The translations under genes were made by a program, and so were the position numbers. A model generated the notes under the pieces. That model was given only the letters and a program-made list of their open reading frames with translations. It made no database searches and was not told where the DNA came from. Shown piece after piece: positions 1 through 8,415 of a stretch of 54,603 bases of DNA. This DNA comes from Thermodesulfobacteriota bacterium (GTDB lineage: Bacteria; Desulfobacterota; GWC2-55-46), in the NCBI GenBank assembly GCA_046757705.1, contig JBHHYT010000003.1, positions 1-54,603 of the forward strand, given 5' to 3'. Within the stretch, counting starts at the first letter, position 1. Each line of letters opens with the position of its first letter.

Positions 1-1
1 C

Positions 2-478
2 GCCGGCAAGGGGGGCGGCAAGGGGGCCGGCCATGGTGCAAAGCCCGCCGGGCAGCGGGGCGTCCGTCACAGCGGCTTCTGCGTCATAAATGTAGACGGG
101 GCCTCGAGGGGCAATCCCGGAGAGGCCGGGGCCGGGGCCGTTATAAAAGACCCGGAAGGCAGGGTATTGAAGCGGCTCAAAAAGTATCTCGGCACTACTA
201 CAAACAACATGGCCGAGTACCAGGCGCTTGTAATGGCGCTTGAGGCAGCACGCTCTTTAAAATTGGAAAGGATACGGGTGCTGGCCGACTCCGAGCTTAT
301 GGTTAAGCAGATAAACCGGGTCTACAGGGTAAAGAGCCCGGGGCTGAAACCGCTCTACGACAGGGCCAGGGCGCTGCTCGCGGGTTTCAGCAAGGACTCC
401 AGGGTCTCACACGTATACAGGGAGCAGAACGGCGAGGCCGACAGCCTCGCCAACGAGGCCATAGACGGCTCCCGGTAG
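2..478 (+). CDS. rnhA: Ribonuclease HI family protein, 5'-truncated by the window edge, with a Gly/Lys-rich N-terminal linker
   Basis: The frame of ORF 167..478 is open from base 2 and reads ...INVDGASRGNPGEAGAG...TNNMAEY...LADSELMVKQ...HVYREQNGEADSLAN, i.e. the RNase H D-E-D-D motifs. Confidence 0.9.
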   Translation, partial: AGKGGGKGAGHGAKPAGQRGVRHSGFCVINVDGASRGNPGEAGAGAVIKDPEGRVLKRLKKYLGTTTNNMAEYQALVMALEAARSLKLERIRVLADSELMVKQINRVYRVKSPGLKPLYDRARALLAGFSKDSRVSHVYREQNGEADSLANEAIDGSR

Positions 479-624
479 GGGCGTCTACGGCCTGGGGAGG
501 CGGCCCTCATCCACGGGGCGCAGGGGCCTCCTTGCGCCGGACGGACGGATGGTTGAAAACCCTTGTAAGAGCCGAGCAATATTAGATAAAATATATTAGA
601 GGTATTGAGCTCAATCATAGTCTT

Positions 625-999
625 CGGAGGGTGCCTGGCGGCCGCCGCCGCTGTAAGCGGCGGAGGAAAGTCCGGACACCACAGGGCAGGGAGGTCGCTA
701 ACGGCGACCGGGGGCGACCCCAGGGACAGGGCCACAGAAAACAGACCGCCCCTTTCGAGGGGTAAGGGTGAAAAGGCGGGGTAAGAGCCCACCAGCCGGC
801 CGGGTGACCGGCCGGGCTTGGTAACCCCCTCCCGGTGCAAGGCCGAATAGGTTCCGCATCAAGGACTGCCCGTCCTTTTTCCCTCACGGGAAGGGCGGAA
901 CGGGTTGGCTGCTCGAGGCCGCTGGCAACAGCGGACCCAGACGAATGGCCGCCGCCCCGGGCAACCGGGGGCACAGGATCCGGCTTACGGCATCCTCCG
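625..999 (+). ncRNA. rnpB: RNase P RNA, bacterial type A
   Basis: GAGGAAAGTCCGG near the 5' end, GCCACAGAAA, GGGTGAAAAGG..GGTAAGAGC, AGACGAATG and 3' ACAGGATCCGGCTTA are all present. P1 pairs CGGAGGGTGCC with GGCATCCTCCG, and P4 shows a compensatory A-U pair. Confidence 0.97.
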
Positions 1000-1099
1000 T
1001 TGTTTTTTTCTTCCATCCGCGTCCGGTCTCCGGCCCTCACGAAAAACGCAGAGGCGTGAGGGCGTGTACCCGCGGGGGCCACGGGGCCACGGGGCGCGA

Positions 1100-1158
1100 C
1101 CTTTAAAGGGGCCGCCGGGGGCGCCTTTCAAAGGGGCGCCCTTCAAAGGGGCCGCCCG
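1100..1158. repeat. Three tandem mini-palindromes CC(T/C)TT(C)AAAGGGG
   Basis: cctttaaagggg, cctttcaaagggg and cccttcaaagggg occur in series; related hairpins lie at about 4084, 34930 and 54110. Confidence 0.6.
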
Positions 1159-1689
1159 GTCGTGAATGGCGCACGTCTCTTTTTAGACCCTTGCGTGCTC
1201 TTGAGGAGCGCGCCTTCCCTGTGGGCCGCGTCGCCTCGAATCCCGGTGAAGCGGCCGATGCCGGACCTGAACGACGACCCCTGGTCTTTCCCTGTTGCCT
1301 AACGTTCCCGCACCGGCCCGAGGGCCATTTTCTCTTTATAAATTTTTTAATTTTAAACTTTCCGGAATTTAATTTTCCCGTCTTATAACATAGTCGTTCC
1401 ATGGCCGTCCCGGCGCGGCGCGGCGATGGCTTTACCGGCTGAACGGGCGTGTGCCCGAGGGCGGCCATAGTCTCTTCACCTTTGTTCATTTTCTTCTTTC
1501 CGGGGGAGACCTTCCTGGCCAACGTCAATATCGTGCTTTTTTTAAGTGGTCGTAACGCCTGGGTTTTCGGCCATTGTCGCGCGTCTTCCGGCGAGCCCCG
1601 GCGAATCTTTTCGGAGGCGGGTTGTCCCGTGTTACCATGAAGCACAGCCGCGGCATTCCCCTGTGGGGGCGCAAGGTACGGGTTGAGGC

Positions 1690-3123
1690 TTGAAGATAGG
1701 CATAAAGATAAAACTGGCGGCCATATTGTCAGGGCTTCTGGTCCTGATAATCTCGACCATCGGCTTCATTCTGATAGCCCACCAGAGGGCGTCTCTCGAA
1801 GCGCAGATGCGCTCCATGGCGGGCACCCTGACGCATGAGTTCGCGATAGACAGCAAGATACCGCTCATGCAGAAGGACAATCTGGCGCTGAGCCTGCTGG
1901 TGCAGAACATACTCAGGTACCCGGGCATAAAGGACGCCTACATACTGAACTACAACTTCGTCATCGAGGCGCACCCCGGGGCGCATGGCGATTCCGTAAG
2001 CTTCTACCGGGACAAGGAGAGCATACTGAGGATGCAGGGCCCCCCGCCGTGGCTCATCAAGGAATCGGCGGGCTCCCTGATCTTCGCCTCCCCGATAATA
2101 TTCAAGGGCACCACGGTCGGGTATACGGCAGTGGCCTTCTCGGACGAGTTCATACAGGAGAGGGTAAGGACCGCGATAAACAGGGTCATACTTATCACGG
2201 TCTTCGCTATCGTCGGCGTGTCGCTGCTCTCCATACCCCTTGCCTCCGGGCTCCTGAGGCCGATATTCCGACTTTTTAAAGGGACGGAGGAGATCGCCAA
2301 GGGCAACCTCGATTACCGTATCCGGGAGTCGAGAAATGATGAGATAGGCGACCTGGTCAAGTCCTTCAACAGGATGGCCTCCGAGCTGAAGAAAAAGGAG
2401 CTGATGAAGGGCGTATTCAACCGGTACGTCAGCAGGTACGTCGCCGACGAGATACTGAGGGAGCCGGAGAGGATACGGCTCGGGGGCGACAGGCGCGAGG
2501 TGACGGTCCTCTTCGCGGACATAAGGGGCTTTACCTCCGTCTCCTCCAAGATGGAGCCGGAGCTGGTCGTCGAGCTTCTCAACAGGTACTTCACGCTCAT
2601 AACCGAGGTGATATTCCGCTTCGAGGGCACGATAGACAAGTTCATCGGGGACGCGGTGATGAGCGTATTCGGCTCTCCGATAAGGAGTAACGTGCACCTT
2701 GAGCAGGGCGTAAAGGCCGCGATGGCGATAAGGCTGGCGGTCGAGGAGATGAACCTCCTGAACCGGAACAAGGGGCTCGTCGCGCTCGAGGTCGGCGTGG
2801 GGCTCGACTCCGGCACGGTCATAGTGGGCAACATGGGCTCGAAGATGAGGATGGAGTACACGGCGATGGGCTACGCGGTGAACATGGCCTCGCGCCTTAC
2901 CGACATCGCCAAGGGCGGCAACGTCCTCGTAAGCGAGACCGTCTACGATGCGATAAAGGGCAACGTTACCGCCGAGAAGATGGCGCAGGTGACGATCAAG
3001 GGTTTCGACGGCCCGGTGACGCTTTACAACCTCGTCGCCCTGAAGGCGCAGTGGGAGGACGAGGTAAAGGGGATCGTATATGAAGCTGTCAGAGAATTGG
3101 AAAGAGAAGGGGCTTTATCTTAA
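1690..3123 (+). CDS. Membrane-bound class III adenylate/guanylate cyclase (TM, periplasmic sensor, TM, HAMP, cyclase)
   Basis: Two hydrophobic segments, a HAMP motif (DEIGDLVKSFNRM), and cyclase motifs VLFADIRGFT, DKFIGDAVM and YTAMGYAVNMASRL; K and T specificity residues point to ATP. Confidence 0.93.
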   Translation: MKIGIKIKLAAILSGLLVLIISTIGFILIAHQRASLEAQMRSMAGTLTHEFAIDSKIPLMQKDNLALSLLVQNILRYPGIKDAYILNYNFVIEAHPGAHGDSVSFYRDKESILRMQGPPPWLIKESAGSLIFASPIIFKGTTVGYTAVAFSDEFIQERVRTAINRVILITVFAIVGVSLLSIPLASGLLRPIFRLFKGTEEIAKGNLDYRIRESRNDEIGDLVKSFNRMASELKKKELMKGVFNRYVSRYVADEILREPERIRLGGDRREVTVLFADIRGFTSVSSKMEPELVVELLNRYFTLITEVIFRFEGTIDKFIGDAVMSVFGSPIRSNVHLEQGVKAAMAIRLAVEEMNLLNRNKGLVALEVGVGLDSGTVIVGNMGSKMRMEYTAMGYAVNMASRLTDIAKGGNVLVSETVYDAIKGNVTAEKMAQVTIKGFDGPVTLYNLVALKAQWEDEVKGIVYEAVRELEREGALS

Positions 3124-4045
3124 GCTCGGGCTTCTGGCGGCGGTGTGCGTCTTGCTCGCCGGGTGCTCAGGGTTTTCGACCCTGGGCTCGTCGCTCTCTT
3201 CGCAGTTCCCGATGGTCGCCATGCAGATGGACTCGCGCTACCTGAACGGCAGCGCATATGACAGGGCCTTGCTGCTCTACGAGAAGGGGCTGCTTGTGGA
3301 GTCGAGGGAAAAGGCGCGCGCCGTGCCTAAGAACGACAAGCACTACGCGGACGCGCGCAGGCTCATAGCGGCCATCAACATCGTCGTCCTCCAGATATCC
3401 AAGGAGCACCTCGACCTCGGGGAGAAGTACGAGAAGGCGGGCATCTACGAAAAGGCGCTCTCCGAGTACAGGAGGTCTCTCGAGTACAACCCCGCGAACC
3501 TCAAGGCGAGCAGCCGCGTATACGTCTTGAACGAGATGATAAAGGCCGGCCGGCAGCCCGATATCGCTCGGGTGAACCTCGTGGAGAAGAAGGACGCGAA
3601 GAAGAAGGTGAAAAGGGAGAAGGCCGCCAGGGAGACGAAGGCCTTGAAGAAGAAGGAGAGGCCGCGGGAGGAGGACCCCGGGTACAAGGCCAGCGTGCAC
3701 TACGCCAACGGAAAGATCTACCTCGACGCCGGGGCCTACGCGAAGGCGTCCGAGGAGTTCAACCTCGCCCTCAGGTTCGTCCCGTCCTACTCCGACGCCG
3801 AGGAGCTGCTCGCGCTCTCCGAGAAGGAGAGGGACAAGGCGGTGGGAAAACACCTGAGGAAGGGCATCGGGTACTTCCAGGCCGAGGAGATGGAGCTTGC
3901 CATAAAGGAGTGGGAGATCGTTCTCCGGCACGACCCGGAGAACAAGACCGCGAAGGACTACAAGGCCAGGGCGGAGATAATACTCGAGAGGCTCAGGAAC
4001 ATCCGCAAGCAGCAGGCTGGCAGGCTCATGGGCCAGCCGCTGTAG
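3080..4045 (+). CDS. Tetratricopeptide-repeat lipoprotein
   Basis: Lipobox LLAGC and several TPR helices (LGEKYEKAGIYEKALSEYRRSLEYNP; AIKEWEIVLRHDPEN); overlaps the cyclase 3' end; start uncertain. Confidence 0.8.
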   Translation: MKLSENWKEKGLYLKLGLLAAVCVLLAGCSGFSTLGSSLSSQFPMVAMQMDSRYLNGSAYDRALLLYEKGLLVESREKARAVPKNDKHYADARRLIAAINIVVLQISKEHLDLGEKYEKAGIYEKALSEYRRSLEYNPANLKASSRVYVLNEMIKAGRQPDIARVNLVEKKDAKKKVKREKAARETKALKKKERPREEDPGYKASVHYANGKIYLDAGAYAKASEEFNLALRFVPSYSDAEELLALSEKERDKAVGKHLRKGIGYFQAEEMELAIKEWEIVLRHDPENKTAKDYKARAEIILERLRNIRKQQAGRLMGQPL

Positions 4046-4076
4046 ATAGCCCGGGCACTCCCGGCGAAAGAACAAC

Positions 4077-4116
4077 CCCCTTACCCTTTTTCAAGGGCAA
4101 GGGGATTTTTTATTTT
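4077..4116 (+). terminator. Putative intrinsic terminator
   Basis: Stem CCCCTTACCCTT...AAGGGCAAGGGG followed by a T-rich tract, just after the TPR gene. Confidence 0.6.
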
Positions 4117-4241
4117 AAGAACCCCCGCCTCTTCCGGCGGTTTTTTTCTTCGGTCCCCACCTGGGTCGAGCCCTCCCCCGGCCGCCTGAAAACGACCTTG
4201 TTTTGCCGGTATTTCCGCCTCGAATAATCCTTAGATTTCCC

Positions 4242-4270
4242 TTGACAAAAAAGGCCTTCAGGAATATAGT
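4242..4270 (+). promoter_or_regulatory. Sigma70 promoter of the dcw operon
   Basis: TTGACA-17 nt-TATAGT upstream of mraZ. Confidence 0.85.
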
Positions 4271-4279
4271 TTAGGCGAT

Positions 4280-4326
4280 AAGTGGTATGAAGTGGTATAA
4301 AGTGGTATAGAAGTATCCGTAAGTGG
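4280..4326 (+). promoter_or_regulatory. MraZ-binding direct repeats (dcw box)
   Basis: AAGTGG at 4280, 4290 and 4300 (10-nt period) and again at 4321, just downstream of the -10 element; matches the known GTGG/TGGG-type MraZ operator arrangement. Confidence 0.85.
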
Positions 4327-4473
4327 GATATGGGGCTATTTTAAGCCCAAAAGACAGGGCGGGTCAAAGGTTAAATACGCCCATCCCGTTTTGTCGTCGG
4401 GGGAACCCTTGGAGCCCCCCTGCGCCCCCGTCTTGATGGAGGGCGGGGGGCGGGTCCATCAAAAAAGGCCGCC

Positions 4474-4908
4474 ATGTTCAGAGGACGCTACGAACACACC
4501 ATAGATGCGAAGGGGAGGCTCAGCATACCCGCCAGGTTCAGGGAGACGCTGGGCGAGAGGTACGACTCCCGTCTCGTCATAACGACCTACGACAACTGCC
4601 TTATTGCGTACCCGCATCAGGAATGGCAGGTGCTCGAGGAGAAGGTGGCTGGCCTGCCCGAGTTCAAGAAGGACACCAAGGCGTTCCTGCGGTTCTTTTA
4701 CTCGAGCGCCGCCGACTGCAACATCGACAGGCTCGGCAGGATACTGATACCGCAGTCGCTCAGGGAGTACGCGAAGTTCGAGAAGGACGTGATGCTCGTG
4801 GGCACGTTCAGGCACGTCGAGATATGGAGCAAGGCGCTCTGGGAGCAGGCCGAGGCCCAGGCCTCCCAGGAGGACATAGTGAACACGCTCGAACGCCTCG
4901 GGCTGTAG
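4474..4908 (+). CDS. mraZ: Division/cell-wall cluster transcriptional repressor MraZ
   Basis: MFRGRYEHTIDAKGRLSIP and DRLGRILIP AbrB-like repeats. Confidence 0.97.
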   Translation: MFRGRYEHTIDAKGRLSIPARFRETLGERYDSRLVITTYDNCLIAYPHQEWQVLEEKVAGLPEFKKDTKAFLRFFYSSAADCNIDRLGRILIPQSLREYAKFEKDVMLVGTFRHVEIWSKALWEQAEAQASQEDIVNTLERLGL

Positions 4909-4909
4909 C

Positions 4910-5845
4910 GTGGAGTTCGCGCACAGGAGCGTCATGCCGCAGGAGGTGGTCGAGTACCTCCGGTGCGTCCCCGGCGGCGTTTACGTGGACGGCACCCTCG
5001 GGGGCGGGGGCCACGCCGCGAGGATACTCGAGGCGAGCGCCCCGGATGGCAGGGTCATCGGCATAGACCGCGACCAGGACGCCTTGAGCGCGGCCCGTGA
5101 GTTCTTGAAACCCTACGGCGCACGCGCGGTGCTCGTAAAGTCGGACTACAGGGACCTGCTCGTCGTGCTCGACGGGCTCGGCATAAAGGAGATCGACGGC
5201 ATCGTGCTCGACCTCGGGGTCTCGTCCTTCCAGCTCGAGAGCGGGGAGCGCGGTTTCAGCTTCGCGCGAGACGCCCGGCTGGACATGAGGATGGACAGGA
5301 CGCAGGGGCTTACGGCCTACGACATCGTAAATGGACAGAGCGTCGAGGAGCTGGCGCGGATACTGCGTGAGTACGGCGAGGAGAGGGACGCCAGGCGGAT
5401 CGCGCGGGCCATAGACAGGCAGAGGAAGATACGCCCCGTTGCCACGACCCTGCAGCTTGCGGCCATAGTGGAGGCGGCGGTGCCGAGAAGGTTCCAGCCC
5501 CGCTCCATACACCCGGCCACACGGGTCTTTCAGGCGCTGAGGATAGCTGTAAACGATGAGCTCGAGGGGCTCGCCCAGGGGCTCGAAGCCGGCCTGAGGG
5601 CGTTGAGGAGCGGAGGAAGGTTCGTTGTAATATCCTTCCACTCGCTCGAGGACAGGATAGTCAAGAGGTCTTTCAGGGATTTTTCCACGGGCTGCGTGTG
5701 CCCGCCCCGCATTCCCAAGTGTGTCTGCGGCCACGAGCCGGGCGCGAGGCTCCTTACGAGAAGGGCGGTCAAGCCTTCGGAGCAGGAGACGGGCTCCAAC
5801 CCGAGGTCGAGGAGCGCGAGGCTCCGGGCCGTGGAAAAGCTCTGA
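4910..5845 (+). CDS. rsmH: 16S rRNA m4C1402 methyltransferase
   Basis: YVDGTLGGGGHA, DLGVSSFQL, HPATRVFQALRIAVN, SFHSLEDR and NPRSRSA. Confidence 0.97.
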   Translation: MEFAHRSVMPQEVVEYLRCVPGGVYVDGTLGGGGHAARILEASAPDGRVIGIDRDQDALSAAREFLKPYGARAVLVKSDYRDLLVVLDGLGIKEIDGIVLDLGVSSFQLESGERGFSFARDARLDMRMDRTQGLTAYDIVNGQSVEELARILREYGEERDARRIARAIDRQRKIRPVATTLQLAAIVEAAVPRRFQPRSIHPATRVFQALRIAVNDELEGLAQGLEAGLRALRSGGRFVVISFHSLEDRIVKRSFRDFSTGCVCPPRIPKCVCGHEPGARLLTRRAVKPSEQETGSNPRSRSARLRAVEKL

Positions 5846-5919
5846 CGGGTTGCGCAACAAGCGACTTGCCCGGTTGTGATGCGTGCGCCAATTCACTGTT
5901 TCAGCCGCAGGAGGTAACC

Positions 5920-6267
5920 ATGTCACATACCGCCGCTAAGAAAATGAGCTTGACCGGCCTGCTCATCGGGCAGGACGTGAGGGTAAGGAGGGACGTAAAG
6001 GACCTGGGCTTCCTCTACCTCTCGGTCGCAAGCGCCTTCGTCCTCATCTGCGTGGCGCTTCTTTTCCTCTGGTGCAGGATGACGGTCGTAAACACCGGCT
6101 ATGAGATATCGAAGGCCAACACCGCCCGCGCCGGGCTCATAGACCGGAACAAGCGCCTGAGGCTCGAGTTCATGAAGCTCAAGAGCCCGGAGAGGATTGA
6201 GAAGATAGCCTCATCCGAGCTGGGGCTCGTGCACCCGACGGGCGGGCAGATAGTAAATATCAGATGA
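5920..6267 (+). CDS. ftsL: Cell division protein FtsL
   Basis: GGAGG RBS then ATG at 5920; single TM, coiled coil and SPERIEKIA...LGL; lies between rsmH and ftsI. Confidence 0.88.
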   Translation: MSHTAAKKMSLTGLLIGQDVRVRRDVKDLGFLYLSVASAFVLICVALLFLWCRMTVVNTGYEISKANTARAGLIDRNKRLRLEFMKLKSPERIEKIASSELGLVHPTGGQIVNIR

Positions 6268-8246
6268 GGAGGAAGAAACCGGCCAGGGACTACATGAAGT
6301 ACAGGGCCGGGTTCGTCTTCGTCTTCTTTATCCTGGTCTTCGGCGCCATATTCGCCAGGGCCTTTCAGCTGCAGGTCATCGACGGCCCGCGCCTGAAGAA
6401 GATGGCCTCGCGCCAGCACAACACGACCTTCAACATCCAGTCCCGACGGGGGGACATCTACGACAGGAACTCGAAGGAGCTGGCGGTAAGCCTGGAGGTG
6501 GACTCGGTCTACGCGCAGACACGGAAGGTGGGCTCGGCAAGGTCCGCCGCGCGCCGGCTCGCGCCGCTTCTTTCCATGAGCAGGTCGGAGATAGAGGGCA
6601 AGCTCAGGTCTATCCGGGGCTTTGTCTGGCTCAAAAGGCAGGTGGATCTCACCGACGAGCGCAGGGAGGCCGTAAAGTCCATCGACGGCATAGGGGTCAT
6701 CAAGGAGAGCAGGCGGTACTACCCGAACCGCCAGCTCGCCGCGAACCTGATAGGGTTTACCGGAACGGACGCCAAAGGGCTGGAGGGCGTCGAACTCAGG
6801 TACGACAAGATGCTCCGGGGGGCGTCACGCCAGATAACCGGGAGCAGGGACGCCAGGGGCAGGGTTATGCTCTTCGAGGACATCGACAAGGCCGTGCCCG
6901 TCGAGGGCAGGACCGTCGAGCTTACGATAGACAAGACCCTGCAGTACATAGCCGAGAAGGCGCTCGGCAAGGCGGTCGAGAGGTACCGCGCCAAAGGCGG
7001 CACGGCGGTGGTCATGGACCCGCTTACCGGCGAGATACTCGCCATGGCGTCCCGTCCCACCTACGACCCGAACGACATCGGCTCCTTCTCGGCGCGGGAC
7101 TGGCGCAACAGGAACGTGACCGACGCCTTCGAGCCGGGCTCCATATTCAAGCTCTTCCTCGTCTCGGCGGCGCTCGAGGAGAAGACGGTCAGCACCTCGG
7201 ACATCATCTACTGCGAGAACGGGAGCTACAGGGTCGCCGACAGGGTCTTCCACGACTCGTCGAAGCACGGGTGGCTCTCGGTGCCGCAGATAATAAGGTA
7301 CTCGAGCAACATCGGGAGCGCGAAGATAGGCGAGAGGCTCGGCGCCAAGCGGCTCTACAGGTACCTGAAGGCGTTCGGCTTCGGGAGCCGAACGGGCATA
7401 GACCTGCCGGGCGAGACCCGGGGGTCCCTGCGCAACTACAGGTCATGGTCCGGGGTGGCGGTGGACACCATATCCTTCGGCCAGGGTGTCTCGGCCTCGT
7501 CCGTGCAGCTCGTAACGGCGCTTTCGGCCATAGCCAACGGCGGTTTCCTCATGCGGCCATACGTCGTCAAGTCCATAAAGGACCCGGACGGAGGGACCGT
7601 GCGGGAGACGCATCCCGCGATAGTGCGCAGGGTCATCTCGGAGCAGGTGGCCCGAGAGGTCACCGAGATGCTCGTAGAGGTGACGAGGCAGGGCACCGGC
7701 GCCAAGGCCGCCATCGACGACTTCGAGGTCGCCGGGAAGACCGGCACCGCGCAGAAGGCCGACCTCGTAAACGGCGGGTACACGAAAGGCGCGTGGATGG
7801 CCTCCTTCATGGGCTTCGTGCCCGCGCGGGACCCGAGGCTCGCCATACTCGTGGCCGTCGACGAGCCGCAGGGCGAGTACCACGGTGGCTCGGTAGCGGC
7901 GCCGGTCTTCAGGGAGATAGCCTCGCAGGGGCTCTCGTACCTCGGGGTATTCCCGCACAACCCGGTCTCACCGTCCTCCCGGCCCTCGCCCCTGCCGAAG
8001 GTGCAGTTCGTAAAGGCGGGCCCGGGGGCGTGGGACAAGGGGGGCAGGGGGGGCAGGGGGGTCGGCGCGCAGAGCCTCAACGCGGTGCCCGATTTTTCCG
8101 GAAAGACCATACGCGCGGCGCTCCGGATGGGTATGGAACGCTCGCTCGAGGTCGAGGTAAAGGGCAGCGGCAGGGCGGTGGCCCAGAGGCCCGCGCCCGG
8201 AAGCCCGCTCCCCTCCTCGGGTAGGGCCGTTGTTACGTTCCGGTGA
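6264..8246 (+). CDS. ftsI: Class B PBP (PBP3) with a C-terminal PASTA domain
   Basis: RRGDIYDRN, EPGSIFK (SxxK), SSN and KTGT motifs; PASTA-like VPDFSGKT. Confidence 0.96.
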   Translation: MRRKKPARDYMKYRAGFVFVFFILVFGAIFARAFQLQVIDGPRLKKMASRQHNTTFNIQSRRGDIYDRNSKELAVSLEVDSVYAQTRKVGSARSAARRLAPLLSMSRSEIEGKLRSIRGFVWLKRQVDLTDERREAVKSIDGIGVIKESRRYYPNRQLAANLIGFTGTDAKGLEGVELRYDKMLRGASRQITGSRDARGRVMLFEDIDKAVPVEGRTVELTIDKTLQYIAEKALGKAVERYRAKGGTAVVMDPLTGEILAMASRPTYDPNDIGSFSARDWRNRNVTDAFEPGSIFKLFLVSAALEEKTVSTSDIIYCENGSYRVADRVFHDSSKHGWLSVPQIIRYSSNIGSAKIGERLGAKRLYRYLKAFGFGSRTGIDLPGETRGSLRNYRSWSGVAVDTISFGQGVSASSVQLVTALSAIANGGFLMRPYVVKSIKDPDGGTVRETHPAIVRRVISEQVAREVTEMLVEVTRQGTGAKAAIDDFEVAGKTGTAQKADLVNGGYTKGAWMASFMGFVPARDPRLAILVAVDEPQGEYHGGSVAAPVFREIASQGLSYLGVFPHNPVSPSSRPSPLPKVQFVKAGPGAWDKGGRGGRGVGAQSLNAVPDFSGKTIRAALRMGMERSLEVEVKGSGRAVAQRPAPGSPLPSSGRAVVTFR

Positions 8247-8257
8247 GGAAAATGGGT

Positions 8258-8286
8258 TTGAAACCGGGGCCCGGATGTGAGATAAT
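8258..8286 (+). promoter_or_regulatory. Internal dcw promoter upstream of murE
   Basis: TTGAAA-17 nt-GATAAT with an extended -10 TG. Confidence 0.55.
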
Positions 8287-8358
8287 ATCAAGCTTAACGG
8301 CTTGTTTTAAAAGGTTTTTTTAATGGAACCCCCGGGGCCGCCGAAAACCCCGGGGCCT

Positions 8359-8367
8359 TGTGGATAA
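8359..8367 (-). promoter_or_regulatory. Consensus DnaA box
   Basis: TGTGGATAA is the reverse complement of TTATCCACA, in the ftsI-murE intergenic region. Confidence 0.45.
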
Positions 8368-8415
8368 CCTGGGCGGGGGCGTGCTGCGCCAGGGGGGCAG
8401 AAAAACGGGGTTTTA

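Noticed and set aside
1255-1285. SRP RNA-like TCAGGTCCGG on the minus strand
   Set aside because: It lacks the required GAAGGAAGCAGC continuation and the long hairpin.
355-1645. ORFs overlapping rnpB and the following spacer (161, 155 and 180 aa)
   Set aside because: They overlap a structural RNA or have atypical composition, with no domain signal.
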